A DNA stretch of 64,000 nucleotides from Vulcanimicrobiota bacterium (GCA_963695225.1 OY968762.1:160001-224000); one strand, 5' to 3'. Positions 50,251-61,381 are shown, counted from the first letter of the stretch. Numbers and translations: made by a program. The notes: generated from the letters alone by a model not told the origin.

Positions 50251-51060
50251 GTGAAGCGTTCTTCTCAGAACAGGCTGATCGTGTGCGCCGTGGCTTTGGC
50301 GCTCGGTACCGCGACGATCGCTCAGGCGGCTGCGAGCGACGCCGCGACACTCGCACTGAAGACCGTCACGACGGACGATAAGACCGCCTCGGTGGGAATC
50401 CCCGCCGGTTGGACCTTCGTCAAAGGTTCGAATGGCTTCATTTACGTCACTGGACCGCATGACGAACGAGTCAACCTTGGGACCCTCGTCATCGGGAAGA
50501 ACGCGAACGCGAGCGGGCCGCTTGGCGGCGAGGTCGCATTCGCACTCCCGTTCGGCGCGAGTTTGGCGCAGAAGTTCACGACGATCGTTCAAGCCGGCGC
50601 CACGAAACAAGGCATGCCCAAGCCCCAAATCACGATCGCATCAACGGTTCCGACGAAGCTCCCGATGTGCTCGCGCGTTCTGGGTGGCTGGACTGCCGGG
50701 GGAGACGCCCGCAAGTTCGAGGGAGTGATCTGTTCGTTTCAGCCGGACTACCTCGGCCTCTACAAGAACCTCGTCTTTCTCGCCCAAGTTCCGTCGGCTC
50801 TCGCGGCGCAAGATCGCCCGATCGTCGAGGAGATCGCTGCAAGCTACCGGGTAACGCCCGGCATGTTCCAAAAGATGCTCGCGCCGTATACCCCACTTCC
50901 GCCGCGCCCGGTAGGCGGAGGCGCAGGCGCAGGCGCAGCCGTGCCCGGCGTAGCTCCCTACCAAGATCCGACGAACTCCGACTGCTTCGATTACAACATC
51001 ATCCGTCAATCGCCGCCGTGGGAAGTGCCGATGCACTGCGGCGGCCACGCGCCCGGGTAG
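50251..51060 (+). CDS. Secreted hypothetical protein
   Basis: Signal peptide, SVGIPAGW motif, Pro/Cys-containing tail. Confidence 0.75.
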   Translation: MKRSSQNRLIVCAVALALGTATIAQAAASDAATLALKTVTTDDKTASVGIPAGWTFVKGSNGFIYVTGPHDERVNLGTLVIGKNANASGPLGGEVAFALPFGASLAQKFTTIVQAGATKQGMPKPQITIASTVPTKLPMCSRVLGGWTAGGDARKFEGVICSFQPDYLGLYKNLVFLAQVPSALAAQDRPIVEEIAASYRVTPGMFQKMLAPYTPLPPRPVGGGAGAGAAVPGVAPYQDPTNSDCFDYNIIRQSPPWEVPMHCGGHAPG

Positions 51061-51125
51061 GCGGAATCTCAGCGGCCGGCCGACGTCGGCCGGTGGAAAC
51101 TAGTCATACGCGTTAGCGCGGCTCG

Positions 51126-52025
51126 TTAGCGCGGCGCGAACGCGTGCCGAAGAGCTGCCGCGAGAGCGGCCGCATAGCACGCCAACGTTACGATCAGCAG
51201 CGACATGCCCCAATTCCGCCATGCGTTTTGAACCGCGATGAACTGCTGCTCGTCGCGAAAGACGCGATGCCGCACGGCGATTGCGTTCCCGTTCCGCCCG
51301 TAGGCGAACGCAATCCACAGGACGCCGAACACACCGACGAACGGGATGCACGACAAGAGAAGATACGACACAAAGATGCGGACGGCGGGCGCGGTGCGCC
51401 CATGCGCGAACAGCCAGAACGGCGTCAGACAAAACGCGCCCCAATTCCATTCGCCGATGAATCGCGTCCCCGGCTTCGCTTTCGCCGGAGCCTCGGCACG
51501 CAGCCGGGCGACGATCTCCGGCGCGAGCGGAAAGGTCGTGACGGCATCGTCCCAGCGGTAACGCCGGGCGATATCCGCCAACGCGTCGGCACCCAGCACC
51601 CGGTCCGCGAGCCAGCCGCGCGCGAGTTCCATCTCGATGCCCGTCTCGTCGTCGAGTCCGATCTCACCTTCGGCGCGCGCCACGTCGTAGCGGGCGCAGG
51701 CTGCAGCGAGGTCGCCGGCGGCAAGCAATGCACGGATCTCGCCGATCGCGGCCGCCGAACGATCCGGCGGATCGAGCACACCGAGCGGCGTTCGGGATTC
51801 CGCGGTATCCGATGCGGCGCCGGAGCGCCGGAGGGCGTCCGCTGCAACGGCACGGTGCGAGCGAACGAACTCAAGTGCCGCCTCGAATTCGGCCCGCAGC
51901 GCCGCGAACTCCTCGACCGAGGCATCCGTGCCTTGCGCGCGCAGCCGCGCGGCATACGCCCGGCGAATCTGCGCTTCGGTCGCATCGCCGTCCAGGCCCA
52001 AAATGGGCCAGCGGCTAGCCGTCAT
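51126..52025 (-). CDS. J-domain-like membrane protein (DjlB/DjlC-like position)
   Basis: WPILGL..IRRAYA..F..LR..E.AL; C-terminal TM with WNWGAF; overlaps hscC stop. Confidence 0.75.
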   Translation of the reverse strand: MTASRWPILGLDGDATEAQIRRAYAARLRAQGTDASVEEFAALRAEFEAALEFVRSHRAVAADALRRSGAASDTAESRTPLGVLDPPDRSAAAIGEIRALLAAGDLAAACARYDVARAEGEIGLDDETGIEMELARGWLADRVLGADALADIARRYRWDDAVTTFPLAPEIVARLRAEAPAKAKPGTRFIGEWNWGAFCLTPFWLFAHGRTAPAVRIFVSYLLLSCIPFVGVFGVLWIAFAYGRNGNAIAVRHRVFRDEQQFIAVQNAWRNWGMSLLIVTLACYAAALAAALRHAFAPR

Positions 52026-53730
52026 CAAACGTCCACGCCTGTGCTTCCACTCGATCGAGGACGGCAAGCAGTTCCCTGCGGGCGCGAACGATCTCGCGCG
52101 GGTCTTGTTCTTCGAGCGCGGCCGACAAGCGGCTTCCGGCGGCCTGGATCTCGCCGCGCGCCCCGAGGTGTTCTTGAAAGACCCTGTCGGCACGCGCAAG
52201 CGCCGCAACGTTCTCGGCCTCGTCGCGCGGATGCGTTTTGAGCGCGGAGAGCTGCGCCAGACGTTCGTCGATCTGGGCTTTCGTGAGCGCCGACGTTTGA
52301 TTGGCGAAGACGTCGCGCCAGGTCTTTTGCGTGCTGCGCATCGTCACCTCGACTTCGAGGATCCCATCGCGATCGTAGGTGAAGCGCACGTCGAACTCCT
52401 CGTGCGCCTTGAGGTTCCGCGGCACCTTGACCGGAATCGCGCCGAGCCGGATGTTGTCGTGCACCAGCCGCGACTCGCCCTGAAAAACCTCGACGTTCAC
52501 GACGGTTTGGCCCAGCGTTGCGGTGGCGTACGGCTGGATGCGGCTGACCGGGATCGCGGTGTTGCGCGAGATGATCGGTGAGAAGAGTCCGCTGACCGGC
52601 TTGCCGTCGACCGTCTGCATGACTTCGATGCCCATGCTGTACGGCGCGACGTCGGTCACGACGACTTCATCGAACGCTGCGTCTTTCGCCAACAGCGCCG
52701 CGTAGACCGCGGCGCCGCGCGCAACGATTTCATCGGGATCGATGTGCGCGATCGGCATGCGGCCGAACAGGCGCGCCGCCATCCGCCGCACGTCGGGCAT
52801 CCGCGTCGCGCCGCCGGCGAGAACGATGCCGGTGATATCCTCGGGCGTGAGGCGCGAATCGCGCATCGCGCGCGCGATCGGCGTGCGCATCCGGCTCAAG
52901 AGCGGTGCGTAGAGCGCGGTGAGATCCCCTTGGCTCAGCGGTATCTCGATCGTCCGATTGTCGATCACCGCGCGCATGGTCACCGTTTGGCGGTGGCTGG
53001 CTTCGCGCTTCACCGCTTCTGCCTGACGCCGGATCTGCGCGCGCATGGGAGCGCCGTCTTTTCCGGCGAGCGACGGCGGATCGCCGGCGCGGCGCATGAA
53101 TTCGGCGACGATCGCATCGACGAAATCCTCGCCGCCCAAGAAATTGTCGCCGGCCGTCGCGCGCACTTCGACGATTCCCTCGAACTTCTCGATGATCGAC
53201 ACGTCGAAGGTGCCGCCGCCTAGATCGAGGACGACGAGCTTCGCGTCGTCGTCCTGATCTTCGAGCAGACCGTAGGCGAGCGCCGCGGCCGTCGGTTCGT
53301 TGAGGAGGCGGCGCACGTTCAGACCTGCGAGCTGCGCGGCGACCCGCGTCGCCTGCCGCTGGCCGTCGCTGAAGTAGGCCGGCACGGTTACGACCGCGTC
53401 GGTGACCGGTTCGCCGAACATCGCTTCAGCGTCTCTCTTGAGCGCCCCGAGGACGAGCGCGGAGAGCTCTTCGGCGCGAAAAGCACGGCGGCCGAGCGTG
53501 AAGGTGCGGTTCGTGCCCATCGCGCGTTTGAAGGCAAGCGCGGTGCGATCGGGGTGCGTGATCGCGCGATCGCGCGCCGCTTCTCCGATGACGATCGTCC
53601 CGGCGTCGTCGAGAAAGACCGCCGACGGCGTGAGCACTGCACCGAGCGCGTTTGGGACGAGGACCGGCTCGCCGTTGCGCACGACGGCGAGCAACGAGTT
53701 GCTCGTGCCCAAGTCGATGCCGACGATCAC
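52015..53730 (-). CDS. hscC: Hsp70-family chaperone HscC
   Basis: [38 protein letters not shown]; short C-terminus LKTHPR; J-like partner gene. Confidence 0.88.
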   Translation of the reverse strand: MIVGIDLGTSNSLLAVVRNGEPVLVPNALGAVLTPSAVFLDDAGTIVIGEAARDRAITHPDRTALAFKRAMGTNRTFTLGRRAFRAEELSALVLGALKRDAEAMFGEPVTDAVVTVPAYFSDGQRQATRVAAQLAGLNVRRLLNEPTAAALAYGLLEDQDDDAKLVVLDLGGGTFDVSIIEKFEGIVEVRATAGDNFLGGEDFVDAIVAEFMRRAGDPPSLAGKDGAPMRAQIRRQAEAVKREASHRQTVTMRAVIDNRTIEIPLSQGDLTALYAPLLSRMRTPIARAMRDSRLTPEDITGIVLAGGATRMPDVRRMAARLFGRMPIAHIDPDEIVARGAAVYAALLAKDAAFDEVVVTDVAPYSMGIEVMQTVDGKPVSGLFSPIISRNTAIPVSRIQPYATATLGQTVVNVEVFQGESRLVHDNIRLGAIPVKVPRNLKAHEEFDVRFTYDRDGILEVEVTMRSTQKTWRDVFANQTSALTKAQIDERLAQLSALKTHPRDEAENVAALARADRVFQEHLGARGEIQAAGSRLSAALEEQDPREIVRARRELLAVLDRVEAQAWTFDDG

Positions 53731-54031
53731 GCCGGCTTCCTCGACTCACGGGCGGTTCCCGCGGCGGCGCTGCAAAAGCTCCCGTCAGCGGGATCCACCC
53801 GGGTTACCAGCCGAGTCCGGCACTGTGATGATGCATCCGCCATTCGACCTCCTATGGGCACACACTAATCGCGACCCCAACCAGCCGGCTTCCTTCCGGC
53901 ATCTACCGGAACGAGCGGGGAGGTCCGACCTCTGCCGCAACGAGCGCATCGTCCGATTCGGTCGAAACGGGCCCGACCGGCCGCCTTTCCGCCCCCGAGC
54001 GCAGGGCGTGGGATGTAGCGGTTTGCGGGCC

Positions 54032-56224
54032 TCAGCGCGGAATCGTCGTCGGTATGCCGGCGAAGAGCGGGCTTCCGCTCTGCCACAACAGGAAGCTGAA
54101 CTCGTCGGTCAGCAGCGAGATCTGCTGCGCGCGCGAGGCTGCAAGGAGCCCGTGCCCCGCATCGTAATCGACGCGCAGCAGAACGGGGCGGCCGCTCGAG
54201 GACGCTCGCTGCAGCCGCGCGACGAACTTTGCGACCTGCCAGGGGGCGACGCGCGGATCGTTGATGCCCGTCACGCCCATGACGGCCGGATACTTGCGGC
54301 CGTCGACGATGCGCTGGTAGGCGTCCATCGCGTAGAGCGCCTTGAAGCCCGCTTCGTTCTTCGAAGAGCCGAACTCCGGGATGTTGGCGGGGCCGGTCGG
54401 TTCGGTTTCGGCGCGTAGCGCGTCGGTCATCCCCACGACGTCGAGCGCCGCAGCGAAGAGCTCCGGGTGCTGGGCGATCGCGCCGCCGACCGTGATGCCT
54501 CCGGCGCTCGTCCCCTCGATCGACAGGCGCGCGGGCGACGTGTAGCCGTGCGATATCAAGTAACGCGCCGCCGCGATTGCATCGTCGATGGTGTGCTGTT
54601 TCCGTGCGCCCTTTCCGGCCAGGCGCCAATCTTCTCCGTACTCTCCGCCGCCGCGGACGTGCGCGACGACCCAGACGCCGCCCGCGTCGACCCACGCGAA
54701 CCGCGAACCGAGAAAATACGGATCGATGTTGAGCCCGTACGAGCCGTATGCCTCGAGGTAAGCCGGGCTCGAGCCGTCGAGCGGCGTGCCGCGCTTCATC
54801 ACGATCGAGAGGGGAACCATCGCGCCGTCCGTGCTCGGCGCGGTCACCTCGAGCGACACGTACACCGACGTATCGATCTCGGGGGCCTTGCGAATCCCGG
54901 TATCGGCCAGCCTTCCGGCCGCGTCGAGCGAATAGATCAGCAGCGGCTTCGTCCACGAAGCGAGACCGGCAACGGCCCCACCGGCGCGCGGATCCGTCGA
55001 GAACTCCGCTAGCGTCCCGGGGAACGGCAGCGCCACGTCCGCGACTGGACCCGCGCTGCCGTCGGCTTGCCAAGGCAGCTTGCGCAGTTGCGCGGGTCCG
55101 CCGAGGATGCCGCGCACGTACAACCCGTCGGCCGCCACGGCGACCTGCTGGATCACGCCTTCGCCCTGCGGGACGATCGTCGTGGCGGTCGCGGCCGTTG
55201 CGTCCGGGCGCGAGAGGTCGAGCGCGGTCACCTTATAGCGCAGCGCATCCTTGTGCGTCAGCAGATATGCGACGTTGCCATGCAGATCGAATCCCGTTAC
55301 AGCATCGTCGACATCGGCGATCTTGCGCCATGGAATCGGCGAACGCGCGAGCGCGTCGACCGGGGCGACGTAGAGCGTCTGTTCGAACTGGACGCCGTGA
55401 AAGATGTAGCCGATCGCGTAGTTCGAAGCCGGCGAGATTGCGACGTAGGCAAGATCGTTCGGGACAAGGGGAATCTTGGGATCGACTCCGATGCCGAGCA
55501 CGGGCGTATCCGGGCCCGCCGTACCGACGACGTGCCGGTACGCGATCGCACGGAATCCGCGCTCGGCCTTGTGCCCTGGCGCGGCATGCAGCATCTGTCC
55601 GTAGTACACGGCCTTCCCGTCGGGGCTCCACGCCGAAGCGCCGCCCCAGGTATGCGGGATGTCCTCGGGGAGCAGGTTGCCCGTTGCGGTCTCGACGATG
55701 CGCAGGTGCGTCTCGTACTCTTCGCCGCCGGGCACGATGCCGACCGCGACCTTCGTACCGTCGTACGACGGCACGACGTCCGACAGCGAGAGATGTGCCG
55801 TCGAGCCGAGCTTCTTGCGGAGCGCATCCGGATCGAGCAGGAGGCGGGCCGGCGCGTCTCCGGTTCGCACCATCAAACGCGCGTCGTCGGCTCCCGTCGG
55901 GCGCTCCAAGTAGAAAACCGAATCTTGCACGCGCGTCACGCTCGAGATCGTGGCACCGGCGTCGGTGAGTCGCGTGATATCGTTGCGAAGGCGATCGCGG
56001 CCCGGCCCGAGTTGCGCGAGCACCGCATTCGTGTACCCGGCTTGGCGCTTCAAGAAGACCTGAACCGGCCCGTTCTTGAGATCCTCGAGAAACCGGTACG
56101 GGTCGGTCAAGGCCGCACCGCCCGGGTACTTGTCGACGACCGGCTGCGGCGGCAAGCGTGGCGGCGCCGCCGGCCAAACGAATGTCGAAGTTGCGAAAAC
56201 GGCGGCAGCGAAAAGACGAAACAT
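54032..56224 (-). CDS. Secreted prolyl oligopeptidase (S9A)
   Basis: DPYRFLED, VRGGGEYG, GTSAGG, NDPRV, AGHG. Confidence 0.93.
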   Translation of the reverse strand: MFRLFAAAVFATSTFVWPAAPPRLPPQPVVDKYPGGAALTDPYRFLEDLKNGPVQVFLKRQAGYTNAVLAQLGPGRDRLRNDITRLTDAGATISSVTRVQDSVFYLERPTGADDARLMVRTGDAPARLLLDPDALRKKLGSTAHLSLSDVVPSYDGTKVAVGIVPGGEEYETHLRIVETATGNLLPEDIPHTWGGASAWSPDGKAVYYGQMLHAAPGHKAERGFRAIAYRHVVGTAGPDTPVLGIGVDPKIPLVPNDLAYVAISPASNYAIGYIFHGVQFEQTLYVAPVDALARSPIPWRKIADVDDAVTGFDLHGNVAYLLTHKDALRYKVTALDLSRPDATAATATTIVPQGEGVIQQVAVAADGLYVRGILGGPAQLRKLPWQADGSAGPVADVALPFPGTLAEFSTDPRAGGAVAGLASWTKPLLIYSLDAAGRLADTGIRKAPEIDTSVYVSLEVTAPSTDGAMVPLSIVMKRGTPLDGSSPAYLEAYGSYGLNIDPYFLGSRFAWVDAGGVWVVAHVRGGGEYGEDWRLAGKGARKQHTIDDAIAAARYLISHGYTSPARLSIEGTSAGGITVGGAIAQHPELFAAALDVVGMTDALRAETEPTGPANIPEFGSSKNEAGFKALYAMDAYQRIVDGRKYPAVMGVTGINDPRVAPWQVAKFVARLQRASSSGRPVLLRVDYDAGHGLLAASRAQQISLLTDEFSFLLWQSGSPLFAGIPTTIPR

Positions 56225-56560
56225 AGTCGCGAACCTCGCACGGCTGCTTCGAGTCTAGCTCCGGCGTAGGCTCGCGCGACTCCTCGTGCGCGCTGACGCG
56301 CCTCCGCCGCCTTTGTACGTGCCTTATCGAACGTTCGCTCCCGACGTTTCCGCAGCGGCGTTCCAAGCCTTCGATCCTTTTGCTCCGCCGAACTTCGGAA
56401 AGCGCCGAATCCTGCGAACCTCGTGCCTCACCAAAGTGGAACCGTTCTGCTGACGTGAGATCGCGAAGTGAGCGCCGGTCAAGCCTCGAACGCGCGGATT
56501 CTCGTGCTCATGCGGGGACCGTTTCGTCGATACACTGCATTCTCGGTCGAGGAATCGCAC

Positions 56561-59500
56561 TCACCTGATCGCGGGGACGACGAGATCGTCTATCGAGGTG
56601 AGGGGCCGCAGCGCTTGATCGGCTTCGGCACTCCCGGCGTCGCGAGCTTGGTCGGCGGCGTGCACGACGTCCGGGAACTTCACGTCGAGCATGGCCTCGA
56701 GCTTCTTCGTCGCGAGTTCGAAAACTTGGAACGGGTCGAGATCGATGTCCGCTTCCATCTCGTCGACGAGCTTCTCTTGACTGAGAAGGAACGCGAAGGC
56801 GCCGAAGCCGCCGGCGTCGAGCGGTGCGAGCACGATCTTCCAAAACGCGGTCGGCACGAGAACTCCGTTCTTCTCAGGATCCTTATCGGAGAAGACGGGG
56901 CCGGCGAAGAGCGAGAGCTTCGGTTTCTTCGATTTCGATTCGGAGGCGATGCGGTTTTCGAGTTCGCCCCACAATCCGGCTTGTTGGGAGCGGTTGAACG
57001 CCGGGTGTTGCGGCGTGCAATTCGTGAAGTGAAACGAATCGAAGTTCGCGTAGACGGCTTCGCTATCCGTGCTGCCCCAATAGTTGTCCTCGCGGCGGAC
57101 GACGTGGCCGTGATCGAACCCGGAGCCCCGGTAGAAAGAGTCGCCGATCTGCGCGTCCTTCGGGATGCGCGGGTCGTAGATCCATGCATCGGCCGCCCCG
57201 CCGGCAAGCGCCTTGCGTCCTTGCGTCCCCGTCAGCGCCCGGTCGGAATTGCTGGCGGCCCAGTACAGCAGATTGCGGCCCGCGCTCATCACGAGCGAGT
57301 AATGGTAGTAGTCGAGGATGTCGTCCTCTCCGTTCGTACGCTTCGTCGAGCGAGCCGAAGGCTTGAGGGCCGGCTCCGGTATCGAACCGTTCGGCGCAAG
57401 AAAATCCGGATCGTATCCCTTGCGCCGGTCGTATGCCGGATCGATGACGAGCTTCTCGGATGCCGCTTCGTCGCGGTGCGGCGCCGGCAGCGGTTCGACC
57501 GGCTTGGGCTCGGCGGAGACGCCGGCGCGAAATCTCATTTGTACGACCGCGGCTAACGGCGCGGTGACGACGATCCGCCCGTCGAGCTGCGAGAGCACGA
57601 CCTCATCATCAGCAGCCTCGCGATCCCGCCTCGGCAAGATCGCTCCGGTCTCGATCGAAGGCGTCGCTCGCCCCGGCGCGCCGTTGCTCGTCACCGGCGC
57701 GCCGTTGCTCGTCACCGGCGCCGCGGGCGCGTTCGAGGAGCCTTCGGATCCGACGGCTTGTCCGTCGCAGACTCGCAAGACGAGGTCTCGCAGCGGGTGC
57801 GCGGGTTGCGAGCGCAGCGCACTGACGATGAGGCTCACGCGAATGCCTTCGTTCCCGAGCCACTTCACCTGTGCATCCGTTGGGTTCGGCGGCGCGGGCC
57901 GGCCGTCGGGCCCGAGCCAGCGGCCCTGCGCGTCGGTATCCGGAACGCCGGAATGATGCAGGGCCACGACTTGCCACGAATCGTTGAAGACCGGCGATCC
58001 GGACGAACCGGGAGCCGTATCGGTTGCGTAGAGGAGCGTCGTATCGGCAATCTTCAGGAGTTGATTCTCGCGTGCCGCCACTTGTTTCGGGAGACCGGAG
58101 GGATGTTGGATGATCGAGACCCACTCAGCGACGGTCACTTTGCCGACCTGACCGTTGAGCCGGAGCCACCCGAAATCGGAGAGGCTCCGCCCCGAAACCG
58201 AATCGACCGGCGCGACGGCGACGAACGAGAAGTCGAGAACGTCCTGCGGGCTCGTGAAGAAGAAGCGGTCTGGTTGAAGGGCGAAGCGCGCGGTCGGTTT
58301 GGGATTGCCCGCGATGTCGAATTCGTAGCCGAACTCCGCGATCGCGCTCGCCGCCGTCGCGGCGTCTTCGAGCACGTGATGGTTCGTGAGGACGACACCC
58401 GGTCCGACGAGGAATCCCGTGCCGTAGCCGACCTCGCGCTGCGCGCCGTCGCGCAGGATGATCCGGCATACCGACTTGCCCGCGGCGGTTCCTCGCTCGA
58501 ACCAATTGATGTCGAGCAGGTCGTTCTCGCCCATGATGCGCTCGTAATCGAGAGCGGTCGGGCGCGCGTCGGTCGCAGCCAACGCGGATACTCGGGCCGA
58601 TGGAACCGTCGTGTTCGGCGGTGCCGCCTCAACGGTGCGGCGTATCTCGGCGATGTCCGCCGGCGTCAGGTTGCTGACCAGCGTCGTCGAGGCGGGAGCG
58701 TGCAGTCCAGCGCGAGGATCGCTCGTGACGGGGCCTACCGTAACGAGCAACGCTTCGTCGCTCTTCGCCGGTGCGCAGTCTCCGAGGTCCGTGGTGCCGT
58801 CGAGGAGGTGCCGGTACGTGCTCATCGCGTGGGCGCAGCCCGGCGAGGATTTTGCCTTGCCCGTCGAGTCCAGCTGCTGCAATGTATCGACGTGCTGATA
58901 GCCCAGGATGTCGAACGGCGCATCGGGCACTTTGTCGGCGTTGTTGGCGATGCGCCACGTCGTGGGCACCGCGTTGTTGTAGGCGGCCGCGAAGTCTTTG
59001 TCGCCGACGCGCGGCGAGCCGAACGTGTAGACGACCGCCGAACCGAGGTGCCCCTCGACGGCGTTCTCGAGGGCATACAACGTCACGAGCGCCGCGCCGA
59101 GACTGTGCCCGACGACGACGGTCGGCGCCGCCGCTTCCGTGGCGGACGCCGGACGCCTTCTGAGGACCACGCCCGCGACGGCCGCGGCGAACGAAGGCGC
59201 CGCTTCGGCGCCCTGGCCGATGCTGAAGGCTTCTCCGGCGCGAGTCGCCGCTGCCGCCTTCTCCACATCGTAGACGAGCAGCGTTGAATAGATGCGCGCG
59301 AAACCGGTAGAAACTAGCCCGGTCGGTAACGCCCCGGACTTGAAGGGCTGGAACGTGATGACGAAGTCGTCGTACCATTCCATCCAGCCGACCGTCCCGC
59401 GCAACGCGAGGACGACCCCGGGCCCGTCTTCCTGCGTCGCGATGTACCCGTAGAACCGCTCGACCGTCGGGCCGATCGGCGGAAAGTCGCGCATCGTGAC

Positions 59501-59674
59501 CCACGCCGCGTTCTTCCAACCCGCCGGAAGCACGATATCGGGCTTGAGGTTCGACTCGTCGGGTGCGTGCGCCGCATAGGCGGCCTCGACGAAAGCGCCG
59601 TAGCCGGCGGCTTCGATCGGATCGAACGTGGGCGTACTGCTGCGAGCGTTGGAGAGGTCTGAAAGGACTGCCAT
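56561..59674 (-). CDS. Fusion: class-3 lipase + trypsin-like serine protease + DNA/RNA non-specific endonuclease
   Basis: LRGT, GHSLG, FGSPRVGD, DKVP, CAH; LTNHHV, LDF, PGSSGSP; DHGHVVRR, NCTPQ, WGELEN, PTAFWKI. Confidence 0.9.
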   Translation of the reverse strand: MAVLSDLSNARSSTPTFDPIEAAGYGAFVEAAYAAHAPDESNLKPDIVLPAGWKNAAWVTMRDFPPIGPTVERFYGYIATQEDGPGVVLALRGTVGWMEWYDDFVITFQPFKSGALPTGLVSTGFARIYSTLLVYDVEKAAAATRAGEAFSIGQGAEAAPSFAAAVAGVVLRRRPASATEAAAPTVVVGHSLGAALVTLYALENAVEGHLGSAVVYTFGSPRVGDKDFAAAYNNAVPTTWRIANNADKVPDAPFDILGYQHVDTLQQLDSTGKAKSSPGCAHAMSTYRHLLDGTTDLGDCAPAKSDEALLVTVGPVTSDPRAGLHAPASTTLVSNLTPADIAEIRRTVEAAPPNTTVPSARVSALAATDARPTALDYERIMGENDLLDINWFERGTAAGKSVCRIILRDGAQREVGYGTGFLVGPGVVLTNHHVLEDAATAASAIAEFGYEFDIAGNPKPTARFALQPDRFFFTSPQDVLDFSFVAVAPVDSVSGRSLSDFGWLRLNGQVGKVTVAEWVSIIQHPSGLPKQVAARENQLLKIADTTLLYATDTAPGSSGSPVFNDSWQVVALHHSGVPDTDAQGRWLGPDGRPAPPNPTDAQVKWLGNEGIRVSLIVSALRSQPAHPLRDLVLRVCDGQAVGSEGSSNAPAAPVTSNGAPVTSNGAPGRATPSIETGAILPRRDREAADDEVVLSQLDGRIVVTAPLAAVVQMRFRAGVSAEPKPVEPLPAPHRDEAASEKLVIDPAYDRRKGYDPDFLAPNGSIPEPALKPSARSTKRTNGEDDILDYYHYSLVMSAGRNLLYWAASNSDRALTGTQGRKALAGGAADAWIYDPRIPKDAQIGDSFYRGSGFDHGHVVRREDNYWGSTDSEAVYANFDSFHFTNCTPQHPAFNRSQQAGLWGELENRIASESKSKKPKLSLFAGPVFSDKDPEKNGVLVPTAFWKIVLAPLDAGGFGAFAFLLSQEKLVDEMEADIDLDPFQVFELATKKLEAMLDVKFPDVVHAADQARDAGSAEADQALRPLTSIDDLVVPAIR
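57673..57721. repeat. 21-bp in-frame tandem repeat (APVTSNG x2) in the protease-nuclease linker
   Basis: CCGGCGCGCCGTTGCTCGTCA x2 + partial copy. Confidence 0.9.
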
Positions 59675-60199
59675 GTCGTCGCCCTTTCCGGGGCAGGGCC
59701 CCGTCGCCGATACTTCACGCGGCCGTTTGCGACCGCACCCGCATCCGCATCGCGGCCTATATCCGCATCATATTATCCGGGATCTCCGTCCGAAATGCGT
59801 CCGCGGCTCGAACGGGAACGATGCCGCGCGCGGGCCACTTTCGGAGGATGAAGCCGTGCGGTAGTTTGGATAGATCAACGAAAGAATAAAAGGCACGCTT
59901 GGTACGCCGGCGAGTAGCCGGCCGGCGAACGAGCCGACTCAAGCAGAGCGGAGCGCTCCGGGCTCTTCGAAAAGATGCGCTGCGCCTTCGACGCTCGCCG
60001 GCTCGGCCGGTGAGCGCCACGGGCGTTACGAGACTTGCACCGCTGCCATGACGACCGGACCCGACGCCGGCACCGTACTTGGGATGGCCGCGGCCGGTAG
60101 TTTTCCAAGAAGAGCGGGGACCCGGCTGCGCCGTGCGCAACGACGATCGGGCTCGGCGTGCGGGGAATTCCGAACCACGCGGCATGTGATGGGAGATTC

Positions 60200-60694
60200 T
60201 TGAGAGTGACGAGAGCTAACGTCTTTGTGTTCGGGATTTGCTTCGCGCTGGTCGCGCCCGAGATGGTCTTAGCGCAAGATCCAGCGGTGAAGATGCCCGC
60301 CGGAGTGTGGCATTATCGGTCGATCGCTTGCGTCGACTCCACGGTCACCGCCGTAACGCCGCGGCTTTCGAACATGGGCCAGAAGACGTTCTCGGCGGCG
60401 GATTTTGAAAACAGCGGCGTCCAGGTGACCTTTGCGACGCATCTTGGTATGACGCCGGCGTTTCCATCCGCCTTTGCGGGCGTCGTGCATTATCAAGATA
60501 CCGCCGGCAACGGCGTGATGATTGCCGAGCGCCCCGGCGATCGCGTGCAGGTCTGCTTCCTCGGGGGGCCGGTGCCCACGCAGTTTTGCAATCCGGACAC
60601 GGACTCGCGCGGCCGATCGTACCGCGTGTACGATTACCGCCAGCACAACTCGTATTCGGGCGAGAACGGTGAACATACGTGCGGCGGCGCCTGA
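60200..60694 (+). CDS. Secreted Cys-containing hypothetical protein
   Basis: Signal-like N-terminus, GDRVQVC..C..D.RGR.Y..HTCGGA; start 60200 or 60206. Confidence 0.7.
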   Translation: MRVTRANVFVFGICFALVAPEMVLAQDPAVKMPAGVWHYRSIACVDSTVTAVTPRLSNMGQKTFSAADFENSGVQVTFATHLGMTPAFPSAFAGVVHYQDTAGNGVMIAERPGDRVQVCFLGGPVPTQFCNPDTDSRGRSYRVYDYRQHNSYSGENGEHTCGGA

Positions 60695-60843
60695 GGGGAT
60701 CGCATCTCGGCCTCGCTTCGCGTGGGACTTCGATCGAATGAGCAACCGCCGCGTTTGACGTAAGATGAGTGCGTTGCGCCGGGCGTTCCGGCGCGGCGAA
60801 CGAAAGGCTGGGTGGCGGGTATGAGCGCGCTGCAGGGTACTCG

Positions 60844-61212
60844 ATGACGAAAACGGCGGGCTCGCTGTGCGCCCTGAAATGGCTGGCAAGAGCCTTGAGT
60901 GTCGCGGCGGTCGGCGCCATAGTGTTGTTTGCCTTCGGGGAAGGGGCGCATCTTTCGAGGCTCACGGCGAGCGAACTCGTTCTGTTCTTGTTCTTCCCGC
61001 TCGGCGTCTGCCTGGGGATGGTCGTGGCATGGCGCTGGGAGGGCGCCGGCTCGGGCATCACGATCGCGAGCCTCGCCGCATTTTATGCCGCACACCGGCT
61101 CGTCTCGCCGGGATTCCCGAGAGGCTTCGCCTTTGCAGCGCTGGCCTCACCGGCGTTCTTGTTTCTGCTGCATTGGCTCTTGAAGCGCACGTCGCAGCCG
61201 CAGCCGAACTGA
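60844..61212 (+). CDS. Small four-TM membrane protein
   Basis: Hydrophobic helices, AWRWEGAG motif. Confidence 0.7.
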   Translation: MTKTAGSLCALKWLARALSVAAVGAIVLFAFGEGAHLSRLTASELVLFLFFPLGVCLGMVVAWRWEGAGSGITIASLAAFYAAHRLVSPGFPRGFAFAALASPAFLFLLHWLLKRTSQPQPN

Positions 61213-61337
61213 GCCGGACGCTTTGGTAAGCGTCTTGCGCCCGTTTGCTCGACCGAGGCGTGCCGGTGACCGGCGTCCGCGAGCGCTCGCCGGCCCGGAT
61301 TTCGGCGAACGGTCGGGGCCATGGCCAATCGCGTGGT

Positions 61338-61381
61338 TTGACATCAGACCGGCGTGCGTCTATAATTAACCATATGGTTAA
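61338..61381 (+). promoter_or_regulatory. Consensus sigma70 promoter with ArsR-type operator over a leaderless start
   Basis: TTGACA-17-TATAAT (61338-66); perfect palindrome TTAACCATATGGTTAA (61366-81); ATG at 61374. Confidence 0.9.
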
